This document shows, piece by piece, positions 17,054 to 34,007 of a DNA stretch of 64,000 nt. Source of the DNA: the human T2T-CHM13v2.0 reference genome, Homo sapiens; assembly GCF_009914755.1 (NCBI RefSeq), contig NC_060927.1; one strand, written 5' to 3'. Below the pieces are notes generated by a model. It made no database searches, was not told the DNA's origin, and was given only the letters and a program-made list of their open reading frames with translations. The translations under genes were made by a program, and so were the position numbers. Within the stretch, counting starts at the first letter, position 1. Each line of letters begins with the position of its first letter.

Positions 17054-17435
17054 CTTTAGAGAAAAGTATGTTTTCAATGGATAACCCTTAAACTACTTTC
17101 TCCCACACTGCAGTGCTAAATGTAAGGAGAAGAAAAATATCACAGAAGATGTCAAGTCAGCTTGGGATCTGGTACATTTTTTCATGCAAATTATACTACA
17201 TTTTTATTTGACTCCAATATTTTCCATTTCCATCAGTAAATACTTCTTCTGCCTGAAAATCTGTCATTGTTAAATTTTCTTTAAACTCCTAAGTATGTTA
17301 GAAGAGCAGACAGTCTTAATTTCTTTCCCTGATGGTATTTTAGGTTGATAGCAACGACTACACCTAGAAGGGCCTGATACTTTGTTAATTACCACAGCAG
17401 TAATGAAGTATACATTAAATAAGAAAAAAACTTAA

Positions 17436-17885
<450 letters not shown>

Positions 17886-19268
17886 AGAGCCCATGTTTTC
17901 ACTCCCAAGAGTCTCTGCTGAGCTCTACAATGCTGTGGACTCACAGTTCCAATGCAGAAGCTGAGATTAGTGTCAGAAGAAAAGTACAACCAAAGGATGC
18001 AGAAATATGGAAAAGAGAAACATGAGAAGAAGTGGAAGAAGAAAATACAAATGAGAGGAAGGTAGGTGTAAAGTAAAACCTGCTAGAGAACTATAGTCAT
18101 GACCCTGGAAAAAAATATTTTTAAAAAATTAAATTTTTCTCAGCATGGATTATTTTTGTGGAACTTACTTAAAATGTTTCTTTTTTAGAAAGTTTGCAGC
18201 AAAACAGCAATTTCTTTTCTATTATTTAGAATACTTCACTATGTCAAATTTACATTATTAAATCTGACAGAACAAGAAATAATACCAAATACTGCATCAA
18301 TCCTACATAATCAGTCCTTCTGAATATCATAATGTTCCTGCTGCTATTCCAAGCTGTCCTTGGAGATATTGCAGCCCCACAGTATACAAAAGGTTTCTTT
18401 TTTTCCTTCATGATTGTCTAGGACAACACATTCTTATATTTCATTTTTAATCATCTAAAGCTTTTCAGATATTCCAAAGTACGCCTTCAATAGTACAATA
18501 AATGAGATCCAAGATTTCTAAGAGCTTTATGTTTCTTTCTTAGTGTGGTTGATAATATGCTGTTTCTGCCTCTTATTGGGTACCAGATGTGGAGCAGATA
18601 ACATAAGAAGAGGAAAATAAGAAGGCTATTCATAGGAGGGCCAGATTCATATGAGAGTGAAAATAATTTTGCCAAACCAGGAAACCTCTTTCTTTAAAAA
18701 GTATATCCATTCAAGTGCTGAGATATGGTAATTTAGAATGATTTTCACCTTGGCCCAGAAATCTTGGGTAGAAACAGCACTATTAAAAAAGTATTGAGTG
18801 GCAATTCTTGGTAGGGAGAGAGGAGAGCAGAGAAACAAAGAAACAAACAAACTCTCATCTCAAAAAATTATCTGGAATTACAGATTAGATTATAAAGATG
18901 CTCTCACACTTGCAGAGTTGTCAGATTAAGGATTTTTTTAAAAGAAAACTCCAGATTACATTTTTCTGCATAAATAATTATTTATACTAATAAGAGCAAG
19001 ATAGTAGAGAATTTAAGTACTTTTATTCTAATTATTTATAAGTAAAAGAGTATCTCAATAGTTCCCAAACGTGACCACAATTAAATCAATTTAGTACTCT
19101 CCTGTAGCTCCTAATTCAGTAATTCTGAGATGAGGTTTGAAACCAAGTCCTTTTTTAATATCCTTAGGTAATTCTGATGTTTTATTGGGATTAGAAGCTA
19201 CTCAAGAATTCAAGTTAAGTGACAGTTTTTTTAAATACCCACACATTATATTAGAACTATATTCGAAG

Positions 19269-19553
<285 letters not shown>

Positions 19554-19917
19554 TCAAAGTGACCATATCTCTCAATGTACCCATTTTATCCACAGCAAAG
19601 CCATATGTGCTCCTGCTCCATGTGTTGCTGACTTTTTGGGGATCATATAGCTCTTTGCTGATCTGATTAAAACTGTGGATAATCACTCTGGAAAAATACA
19701 CATATACAGGTAAAATTTTTGTGTACAATTTTAGAGTGTCCATAAATTGCTGAAACCCATCTAGGGAGAAAAACCCCTATTTGAATGATTGCCCCTGTGG
19801 TTTGTAAGAATTCATAGTCAGCAATTCTCCTGAAGGTTTAGCACCTAAAGATAGCTTGTGTGTTTTCTGAAAGGATGTTACTAGAATTAAGAGACCAGGT
19901 ATAAGAAACAGCCAGGC

Positions 19918-20196
19918 GGCTGGGAGCGGTGGCTCACACCTATAATCCCAGTACTTTGGGAGGCCGAGGTGGGCGGATCACCTGAGGTCAGGAGTTCGGG
20001 ACCAGCCTGACCAACATGAAGAAACCCTGTCTCTACAAAAAATACAAAAATTAGCCGGGCGTGATGGTACGCACCTGTAATCCCAGCTAGTTGGGATGCT
20101 GAGGCAGGAGAATCACTTGAACCTCGAGGTGGAGGCTGCAATGAGCAGAGATTGCGCCACTGCACTCCAGCCTGGGCAACAGAGTGAGACTCCATC
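19918..20196 (+). mobile_element. Alu (AluSp/Sq-like)
   Basis: Full dimer; tail replaced by (GAAG)n. Confidence 0.93.
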
Positions 20197-20559
20197 GAAG
20201 GAAGGAAGGAAGGGAAGGAAGGGAAGGAAGCCAGGAAAGTCATAGGCAGTAATCAAGAAAGAAAAAGAAGGGAAGGGAAGGGAAGGGAGGGGAGGGGAGG
20301 GGAGGGGAGGGGGAGGGGAGGGGGAGGTGGAGGGGAGGGGAGGGGGAGGGGGAGGGGAGGGGAGGGGGAGGGGGAGGGGAGGGGAGGGGGAGGGGAGGGG
20401 GAGGGGGAGGGGGAGGGGAGGGGAAGGGAAGGGGGAAGGGAGGGGAGGGGAAGGGAAGGGAAAGGGAAAGGGAAAGGGAGAGAGAAAGGAAGGTAGGGAG
20501 GGAGTGAGGGAGGGAGGGAGGGAGGGAAGAGCGAGCCAGGAAAGTCATAGGCAGTAATC
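20197..20559 (+). repeat. G-rich polypurine tract (GGAA/GGGGA/GGGGGA) with a flanking 26-bp direct repeat
   Basis: Almost pure A/G from 20255 to 20531; agccaggaaagtcataggcagtaatc at 20229-20254 and 20534-20559. Confidence 0.95.
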
Positions 20560-20727
20560 CAGATTATTGCATTAGTCTCTTAAGTGGTCTCTCCACTCCA
20601 CTATATCTCACCTACCCTTCAAGGTAACCCTATTGGTCAAAGCCATGCAGGCCCAGACCTCTGCCTGGTCCAGCCTCAATAGTTACTGCCCTGCATGTTA
20701 CAGTCACCCAGGAAGCTCTTAAAAATA

Positions 20728-20823
20728 CAGATAGTCCTTGACTTACAATGGTTATAGTGGAGATTTTTCGAACTTACCCTGGGTTTATCAGCATGTAATC
20801 ACATTATAATCGAGGAGCATCTG
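20728..20823. mobile_element. Short Tigger-family (MER47-like) MITE relic
   Basis: TIR-like ends cagatagtccttgacttacaatg ... cattataatcgaggagcatctg. Confidence 0.55.
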
Positions 20824-20895
20824 GAGTTAAGATTATTCAACTTGAGAATTTTTTTATTTGATGATAGGTTGAGCAGGATGTTTGCCAGGATCCCA

Positions 20896-21556
<661 letters not shown>

Positions 21557-21984
21557 TTCCACCTATCTAGGAAGGCAATAGTCAGTAGCTGGAGGAGGAA
21601 ATTAAAGTTTGGTTCGGTATTCAAACTCTTCTCTTTTAGATTATTCTTCTACAACTTAGTTTTGGAGGATACCATTTCTTTTTCCTAGCATCTAAAGGAA
21701 GTTAGAAATACTATCGTCTGTTCCTTCATAAAAATTATTTAAGTGACCGAATGAGTAAATAGGTTTTATCTCAGTCTGTGGAACTTGGGCCTGCAGGCCT
21801 ACAGCTCTAAACATGTAAGGTGTGTTAGGGGCATATACTCCCAACCACATTTGTTCAGAAGTCTCTCTAAAAAAACAAATCAATAGGTGTTACTATCACA
21901 TCTGGGTTTAAGTTTAAAAAAGAGTTAGGATGGTTAATTTTGTATTAATGATATCATTTTGGACATATTTATCTTGAAGTAAAT

Positions 21985-22170
21985 AATAATAAAGTTCTTT
22001 TATTGAACACCCTCTATGTGCCATGTTCTGTTCCAAATACTTGCAATGTATTAATAATGTATTTATTCCTCACAACACTAAAAAGAAGATGCTATTATTA
22101 TCCCCACTTTACAGGTGAGGAAACTTAAGCACAAAGAGATTGTATAACTTCCCCAAAGTAACATAGCTAA
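21985..22170 (-). mobile_element. MIR
   Basis: tattattatccccactttacaggtgaggaaact antisense MIR core. Confidence 0.85.
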
Positions 22171-22335
22171 TTTATTGTATTTTATTAATTAATTTATTTT
22201 ATTAATCAATTTATCTGTAGAGATGGAGTCTCACTGTATTGCCCAGGCTGGTCTTGAACCCTTGGGCTCAAGCAATCCTCCTGCCTCAGCCTCCCAAAGT
22301 GCTGGGATTATGGGCATGTGACATCACACTCAACC
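22170..22335 (-). mobile_element. Alu monomer (FLAM-like)
   Basis: Left-arm-only antisense Alu. Confidence 0.8.
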
Positions 22336-22387
22336 TAAAACTTTTTCACCAAACTTTGAAGTCTCTTTTTGTTTTTAATATGCTACA

Positions 22388-22733
22388 CTTTTTTTGTTTG
22401 TTTTTTGTTTGTTTGTTTGTTTTTTGAGACAAAGTGAAGCCTCACTCTATTGCCCAGGCTGGAGTACAGTGACTTGATCTCAGCTCACTACAACCTTCCC
22501 TTCCTGGGTTCAAGCAGTTCTCCTGCCTCAGCCTCCTAGGTAGCTTTACAGATGAGGAAACTTAAGCACAAAGAGACTGTATAACTTCCATGCCTGGCTA
22601 ATTTTTGTATTTTTAGTAGAGACAGGGTTTCACCATGTTGGCCTGGCTGGTCTCCAGCTTCTGACCTCAAATGATTCACCCACCTCAGCCTCCCAAAGTG
22701 CTAGGATTATAGGCATGAGCCAGCGCGCCTGGC
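22388..22733 (-). mobile_element. Alu carrying a 46-bp MIR-derived patch (22544-22589)
   Basis: Alu sequence switches at ggtagct into a copy of 22107-22152 and resumes at ccatgcctggctaatt. Confidence 0.92.
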
Positions 22734-22977
22734 ATATATGCTGTAATTTTGAATAAGAATGTCAATCAGACCAATATTTTTCCTCTAAATGAAGTAAATT
22801 TTATCTCTGAGATGTTTTCTATCAGTTTGTGAAGTTTTCATGGAAATGCTTCTGAATAGTAGTATTCCCAATTTTATCGATCTAACTGAAGATCTAAAAA
22901 TAATTAAATGGAAAACAAATGGATGGAAGCAAAACAAAAGGATGAGTATCTTTGCATAGATACTGCTTCTATTTGCA

Positions 22978-23413
22978 GGCCGAGTGCAGTGGCTCACGCC
23001 TATAATCCCAGCACTTTGGGAGGCCGAGGTGGGTGAATCATTTGAGGTCAGAAGCTGGAGACCAGCCAGGCCAACATGGTGAAATCCTGTCTCTACTAAA
23101 AATACAAAAATTAGCCAGGCATGGAAGTTATACAATCTCTTTGTGCTTAAGTTTCCTCATCTGCAAAGCTACCCAGGCTGGAGTACAGTGGTGTGATCTC
23201 AGCTCACTGCAACCTCTGCCTTCCAGGCTCAAGTGATCCTCCTGCTGGGATTACAGGTGGGCACAACTATGCCACGCTAATTTTTGTATTTTTGGTAGAG
23301 GTGGGTTTTTGTCATGTTGCCCAGGCTGGTCTTCAACTCCTGACCTCACGTGATCCGCCTGCCTCGGCCTCCCAAAGTGCTGGGGTTACAGATGTGAGCC
23401 ACCCATGGCTGGC
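22978..23413. mobile_element. Chimera: sense Alu left arm plus MIR patch (22978-23173) fused to an antisense Alu (23171-23413)
   Basis: First part is a near-identical reverse complement of 22539-22733; junction at gctacccaggctgg. Confidence 0.9.
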
Positions 23414-23602
23414 TGATGTTTCATTTTTTTTAATAACTCAGGAACTTATGGCTCATATAATTAAAATAAGGAAGAGTAAATTTGCACATTTTCTCAGTTC
23501 AATTAAAATTAAGATCTCTGTGATGTCTCTTATCTTCAGTTGTTTTATATGTGTTTCCTCAACCCATTTTTATGAATTAAAACTGAACCTTTGTTAAACA
23601 TC

Positions 23603-23676
23603 TGACACTTGGAATACTCCCTGAAATTGAATTTCTTTTTGACACTTGGAATACACCCTGAAATTAAATTTCTTTT
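23603..23676 (+). repeat. 37-bp tandem duplication
   Basis: tgacacttggaatac(t/a)ccctgaaatt(g/a)aatttctttt twice. Confidence 0.92.
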
Positions 23677-24192
23677 GGGGGTTTTCCATTATTTCTTCTT
23701 AAGGCAAACTTTTGGCTGCACATAAGCACTCAGCTTTCATGCCGCTCCCTTTTGGAAGATGAAGTATTATACATACTCCCTGTCTTTAAAAATGGTAATA
23801 GCAATAATATAAACAACAGCTCCCACCATGTGACATCAGGAAGGAATTGTTCCTCCCAGTTCAGTGATTACATTGTGCATATGGGGGAACAGCCCTTGAA
23901 AATGGCTCATAATGGTTCCATTTTGTCCTTGGATTGCAATATATTGTTGGTCATAAAACCAACATGTTCTGCCAAAAACAAAACTGCAAATTGAGACTGG
24001 ACAGGGATTGCCATCCAATCTGTCACTGTTTATAGTTACCACTATTAGTTTTAGTCTATAACCAAGGCTGAGACTCTCTATTAGGCTTCTGACAGGCTGA
24101 ATACATATTTGCTTGGTAATTATACTTTAGGATGTACACCAGCCACGTGGTATTTTTATTCAATGTACATTGTTTAATAAATAGAGATAACT

Positions 24193-24593
<401 letters not shown>

Positions 24594-24972
24594 TTACTTG
24601 TTAAGTATTTAAGGTTGTAAAATATAATAACAAAGGCTAGCATTTATGCAGCACTTTCTAATTTAGAGTCTTCCTATGCAGCTAATTATTTGAGTTTCAC
24701 ACTAATGCTCTGAGATAGGCACAAATTTTTCAGTGCCTATTCAGGAAGAAAGAAAGTCAAGAGTTGGAGCCAAGTAAATAAATGTGGACACCCAAGTACC
24801 AGTTTAAAATAAGCCTAGGCCAAGTTGTTTATCCTGAGTCCTCAAAGCTCAGAAATGTACAGTGCTTTAAGGTCTTTCTAGAATTGAAGATCAGTAAAGT
24901 TAAGCCTGAAGACCAACTTGTGATCTGCTGGCATCGACCTCTGAATATCCGGTTTTAAAATTTTATTTATCA

Positions 24973-25100
24973 GGAAGGGAGGGAAGGAGGGAGGGAAGGA
25001 GGGAGGGAGGGAGGGAGGAAAGAAGAAAGAGAGGGAGGAAGGGAGGGCAGGCTGGTTCTAGGAAGGAAGGGAGGGAGGGAGGGAGGGAGGGAAGGAAGGG
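24973..25100 (+). repeat. (GGGA/GGAA)n purine-rich simple repeat
   Basis: Two GA-rich blocks separated by caggctggttct. Confidence 0.9.
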
Positions 25101-25984
25101 TGGACTCTTCGTTGCCTGTAAAATAAAATTTTTCTAAGCACCACGCACCTTGCATTCTAAAAAGCTTGATCTTGTTTTCAAGACTTTTAGTGAAATCCTG
25201 AGTTGTGAAAACGGTTTATTCCCTTTTTCTGCCTCTCAGACTAGGAACCCTAGTTTCCTTATCTACAAAATTAGATGTATGCATGTGTGTGCATACACAC
25301 AGACACACACACGTGTAACACATTTCAATATTACTATAGGAAATAACTGAGACAACCTATTTTTAAAAAGGTCTCTTTCCTTGTTTTGTTTTTTGATGTG
25401 TACATTTTAAGACTATTCAAACTGAAATGTCTGTGTATTGTTTTGGCAACAGGAACCTTATTACAGAATTATACTGAACTAGGAAAAAATGATTTTGACC
25501 CAACTCTGCCCTGGACCATTGTCCACCTGCCATGTGTCTCCTAGACCAAGGAACAGCTCTTTATATCAGGGGCCAAATGGCTCAACACTTGCCTACCCTA
25601 CGGAGTAATACTTTTTCAGCTTTTCTGTTTTAAATATGACCTATATGTGTCTCTGATTTATAAATTTTGTGAATAAGGGCCTAAGCCAAAGAATATTGTG
25701 TGTTTGTTAACTGTTTCTATAATATGTAAGCCAAGTTCCAGTGAGATACTATCTATCAGAAGCTTAGCCAGGTTGGATGTTTTCAAATTATGATGATTAA
25801 GAGACAAAGCATTTTATTATCTGAATTCCTTGGATAAATGGTAGTACCTTTGGATGAGGCAACAATATCCATAATGTTTCTATTACTAAACTGTTCTTAG
25901 TTCATCTATTTGTATTGACTTCAGCATTCTGTAATTAACTTCCTCTGAAAACAGAGTAACATTTATATTTACAAAAGTAGCAAC

Positions 25985-26150
25985 TGTAGCTAACATTGTA
26001 TGGGGTAGTTAGTAAGTATTGGGCACTGTTATGAATAATTTATATGAATTAATTCATTCATCCTCACAACCATGCTGTTATTCCTGTTTTACAGAAAAGA
26101 AAACTGAAGCTCAGAGCAATTAAGCAATCAAAGTCTTACTACTATATTTA
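25985..26150 (-). mobile_element. MIR
   Basis: catcctcacaacc...ttttacagaaaagaaaactgaagctcagag. Confidence 0.7.
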
Positions 26151-26581
26151 CATTTTTTTCTGGGATTAATTCACTGTTGAAAATTTAAAACTATTAGCTA
26201 TGTATATTTTTGTCAGGAAGACAATTATCATTCCTATTCTTATCCCAGACCAAGATGGCAATTTTGTTCAAGAGTAGTTTGCAAACTCATAGCTGTTGTT
26301 TAATCCTTTTAGAAAGCCTCCCTTGTTACTCAATTTACACAGTTTCATTAAAATAAGATTTAGATAACCAAATCTAACTTATTGGGGGTGGGGAGCCTCT
26401 AGTGCATTAAAACCATTATATACAATTAACTAGTAGGTTAAATTTTGGACAAACAATCCTCAGATACACTATATGGCAAAACAAAAGTAGTAGTTTTAAG
26501 CAGAAGTCATTGTACAATATTAAATACATATCAATACCAAGTCCCTAAGATAAGGAAATAGGAAAGAGGAAAAGTTCTAGG

Positions 26582-26871
26582 TTTTGTTTTGTTTTTTGGG
26601 TTTTTTTTTTGTTTTTTTTTTTTTGAGACAAAGCCTTGCTCTGTCTCCCAGGCTCACTGCAACCTCTGCCTCCTGGGTTTAAGCTCCCAAGTAGCTGGGA
26701 TTACAAGTGCACTCCACCACACCCAGCTAAATTTTTTTTTTTTTTTTTTAGTAGAGACAGAGTTTCACCATGTTGGCCAGGCTGGTCTGGAACCCCTGAC
26801 ATCAAGTGATCCCCCCCGACCTCGGCCTCCCACAGTGCTGGGGTTACAGACGTGAGCCACTGCGCCCAGCC
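26582..26871 (-). mobile_element. Alu (AluS) with internal deletions
   Basis: Antisense Alu with a shortened right arm. Confidence 0.9.
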
Positions 26872-27108
26872 TTGTTTTGTTTTTAACTGTCAGTTCTTTA
26901 GCACTTATCTAACCAATCCTTGACTGTGTGTCTCAAAGACAATTGACAACAAGGAGATATGCAGGACTCTTAACACCAGCTGAAGCAAATGACTTCTACA
27001 GAGTGAAGGGCCCATCTTTATTTATCTTCCCAGTAGGAAACATTCAGTGGATCATAAGAATTAAAAAATTAGTGCTATCATTCAATTTTTTAAAATAATT
27101 TATATCTG

Positions 27109-27417
27109 TGGCTGCGTGCAGTGGCTTAGGCCTGTACTCCCAGCACTTTGGGAGGCAGAGGCGGGCGGATCACTTGAGCTCAGGAGTTCGAGTCCAGCCT
27201 GGCCAACATGGTGAAACCCTGTCTCTACTAAAAATACAAAAATTAGCCAGGCGTGGTGGTGCACTCCTGTAATCCCAGCTATTTGAGAGGCTGAGGCAAG
27301 AGGAATGGCTTGAACCCAAAAGGCAGAGGTTGCAGTGAGCGCAGATTGTGCCACTGCACTCCAGCCTGGGTGACAGAGACTCTGTCTCAAAAAATAACAA
27401 TAATAATAATAGTAATA
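27109..27417 (+). mobile_element. Alu (AluS)
   Basis: (TAA)n tail; TSD aataattta(t/g)atctgt. Confidence 0.94.
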
Positions 27418-27441
27418 ATTTAGATCTGTAAAATGGTTCTA

Positions 27442-27639
<198 letters not shown>

Positions 27640-28355
27640 TTAAGTTAATGTTCTTGTATAAAAGTTAGAAAAATGAACAGTCTTATCTTAAAATCTTCTC
27701 CCTCTCCTTCTCCTCACTCTGCCTCCCACTTCCCCTCTCCCTCTGCTGCTTCTTTTTTCTTTCTTCTTTCTTCTTCAACTTCCGGGCTCAAGCAATCCTT
27801 CCACTTAGGCCTCCTGAGTAACTAGGAATACAGACACAAGCCACTGTGCCCTGAACTAAAATCTTCTTAATGAATAGGTGCTTCTTAAGGGTAAAGTATA
27901 GTTTCACAAAACTCACAAAATGATTTCAAGTAGCATGTAATCTCACATTTTTTTATAAACTGCCCTTATAATGATACCTCGAACCAGCATCTCTGAAAAC
28001 TTCAAAGCTATTCCTATATCATTACATCTTTATCCCCAAAAAACCTCTGGGAGAATGCAGACAAGCTGTTATTACACCCATTCTACAGACAGGACAACTA
28101 AGATCCAGACTGCTTTGTATCACATAGTGAACTAGTAGGGTCATAGAATTTTCACATCCTACGTTCATTGTGAAGCCACATGTCATGTACCTCTAGAATT
28201 AAAAGTGTTCTATTTTTGAATCAAGGCTTTGTAAAATGTCAGGTTGTTTAATCCTAATTGATCTCAGTCAGCTCTTTCTTTAGGTCCTCACTATTTGCAT
28301 ATTCTAATTAACTCTGCTCTCTATTTTAGCAAATGTATATATACTTTTATTTTCA

Positions 28356-28720
<365 letters not shown>

Positions 28721-28855
28721 CAAAGTGAATATCTATTTATTGTAACAATTTTAGAAAAATATTAAAAATAAAAATCACCTATTATCCCATCACTCAGAGA
28801 TGTCTACCGGTGACACTTCGTAAACATCCAACATCTATCCGTTTATTTTTCTACA

Positions 28856-28974
28856 TAGTATATATACATATATGTATACATATATGTGTATATATGTATA
28901 TGTGTGTGTGTGTGTGTATATATATGTGTATATATATACACATATATATATATATATTTAGAGAGAGAGAGAGA
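28856..28974. repeat. Compound (TA)n(TG)n(TA)n(GA)n microsatellite
   Basis: Directly visible. Confidence 0.9.
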
Positions 28975-28976
28975 AA

Positions 28977-29274
28977 TTTTTTGTTTTGTTTTAGAAACAG
29001 GGTCTTGCTCCATCCCCCAGACTGGAGTGTAGTGGCACAATCATAGCTCCCTGCAGCCTTGACATCCTGGGCTCAGCAGTCCTCCTGCCTCAGCCTCCTG
29101 AGTAGCTGGTACTATAGGTGTGCCCCACCACACCTGGATAATTTTTTAAAATTTTTTGTAGAGACAGGGTCTCACTATGCTGCCCAGACTAGTCTTGAAC
29201 TCCCAGGCTCAAGTGATTCTCCCGCCTCCTCCCAAAGTGCTGGGATTACAGGCATGAGCCACCATGCCCAGCCT
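28977..29274 (-). mobile_element. Alu (AluJ-like)
   Basis: Antisense diverged dimer. Confidence 0.9.
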
Positions 29275-29869
29275 CATTTTATATGTTTTACTTCACTAAT
29301 ATGTGCTGAACATCTTTCCATGTTATTAACATGCCTTACAACCTTTCTTCTGGTAAATGTTATTGAAGTATAGCAGACATGCAGAAAAGTAAACAATCAT
29401 TAGTGTAGAGCTTGACAAACACTCACAAAGTGAACATCCCCATGTATCAGCCTGAGACCAAGAAATGGAATACCCGCAGAACTCCAGAAGCCCTCTTTGC
29501 CTACCTCCCGTCAGGAGGCCCTCCCAAAGTTAACCACTACTTATTTTTGCCTGGTTTTGAGCCCTATACAAATGACATGTAGTATATACTCTTTTGTGCG
29601 TGGCTTATTTTGTTCAACATTTGAGTTTATTAGGTTCATTCATGCACAAATTCTTATTAATGGCTGCATAGTCTACTATATAGTTAGTACAATTAAATCA
29701 AGCTCAAAAGGAAAAAGTTCTCTTTTATGGAACATTTAAGCTATTTTGCATTGTTCATTATCATAAACAATGCTATAAATATCCTTATTGTTTTGTTCAC
29801 ATTCTTGTATATTCCGTAGGATAAGTTCACAGAAATTGAAATGTTGGTTGTAACGACAGTTAAAGCTCC

Positions 29870-30195
<326 letters not shown>

Positions 30196-30648
30196 ATGTT
30201 AAAGCTTTTGATGAGTATTACCAGATTACTCCTCAGAGTGGTGAAAATATATTTACACCAGTAGCATGTGAGTGTGAGTGGCTGTTTTCCTAGTATCTTC
30301 TCCATCAACACATATTACAATTTTCCTTACTCCTTATGGTTGCTGGTGGTTTCTAGTCAGAACATATTATAGCTATTAATAGTAATTTACTCAATTCAAA
30401 TCTTGAATTATTTCAGAGAGAGAAGGACCAGTTTTTATTTTTTTAAAGTAAGTTTATTTTTATATGAGAGTTGTATGCACTGGATTTTGTTTAATATATT
30501 ACTCCTCAGTTAATAACTTTTCTTAAGTAATAGCAGACATCATGATACAGGATTCCTTCAGTATGTACAGACTGATCTACCTAAATAGTTTACTTCTCAA
30601 ACGTTTACTGTTCCAGGGTCTGAAATGAAATATAAATACGATGTTCTT

Positions 30649-30800
<152 letters not shown>

Positions 30801-31097
30801 CTATGTTATTTATGCCTATATTTAAGTCACTTTCTAGTCCCTTAAGTATAGAGATTTACTAGTGTAATTAATAATTACTACCCCATGTTTTCATAACTTG
30901 AATTTTTTCTTTCCATAAGTCTTTTTTAAAGAACTTTATCTTATTCTAAAGATGACATGATTGTTTGATTGTTTGAAAATACAAATAAGTAAGAAGAAAA
31001 AAATCATCTATATTCCCTGCTTGTTTGAGAGGTTTTTGCTATCTCAGTGTAGTCTGTTTGTTCATTTGTTCCTTCTCTCTCTCTCTCGCTCTGGCTT

Positions 31098-31383
31098 CTT
31101 TTTTTTTTTTTTTTAATGAGACAGAGTCACTTTTTCACCCAGGCTGGAGTGTAGTGGTACAATCATGGCTCACTGCAGCTTCCATCTTCTGGGCTCAAGG
31201 GATCCTCCCACCTCAGCCTCCCAAGTAGCTGGGACTACAAGCATGCACCACCACATCTGGCTAATTTTTTTATTTTTTAGAGACAAGGTTTTGCTATTCT
31301 GCCCAGACTGGTCTCCAACTCCTGGCCTCAAGTGATCCTCCTCCCTCGGCCTCCCAAAGTGCTGGGACCACAGACACCTGGCC
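31098..31383 (-). mobile_element. Alu (AluJ-like)
   Basis: Antisense diverged dimer. Confidence 0.9.
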
Positions 31384-31735
31384 TTATTGTAGTCTTTCTG
31401 ATATACATTTATATAGCTATTTTTCACACACGAGCAAAAAAAAAAAAGCTTTACATATGATGTTTTATAACCTGCTTTTTTTCTCTTAACATGTTATAGA
31501 CAGTTTTCCATCTAATCACCTCTTGATCCAAACAACTTTACTCAATCAATTAGTGTGTCTATACCTATACACAGTCTCTCCAGAGTGGTTATATGTATGT
31601 ATATCTATCTATCTGTCTACACACACATACATCCACATACACACACCAAACTATAAAAATAGGTGAGAGTTCCTTTTCCTTGTGGAATTATGAAATTATG
31701 TCACAATTATGTGTAGTGTTGAAAGAGTCGTGGCA

Positions 31736-32946
<1,211 letters not shown>

Positions 32947-33382
32947 GAAAGAGTCCTGGCATCCAGGGAGGCCAGGTGAGAATGTGTTTATTGATGTAAC
33001 TTCTCTTGACTCTAGCCCATCCCCTTCTTTTATTTTTCTCCTAGTACCTCTGTCCTACCAAAAGGAAAGTATCAACTCCTCCTTCTTGTCTTTCCTGTAC
33101 ATTTCTGTTTCCAGCCAGGAATTTTGAATGCAGAGGTCTACAATTTTCTTCCATCATTTTCTAAACAGGCTACTTCTGAGAAACAGTCAGGTAGCTACAT
33201 TTGTTTCCCCTGAGTGTCACTGTTGTTTAAATTTCACTTACAGTCATGCATGCCATGCTTATCAATTAGAAGTGCTGTTTCCATTCATTAATTGTATGAG
33301 CCGATGGTACAATAGTTAGCTCACTAAAAAGATATGTAATCACTGTATAGGACGTACAGTTTTAAATTGTTAGGATTTGAGG

Positions 33383-34007
<625 letters not shown>

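Noticed and set aside
20240-20557. Pro-rich and Gly/Arg-rich ORFs
   Set aside because: Translations of the G-rich simple repeat.
23603-23676. 37-bp repeat as a CRISPR-like array
   Set aside because: Only two adjacent copies with no spacer, in primate DNA.
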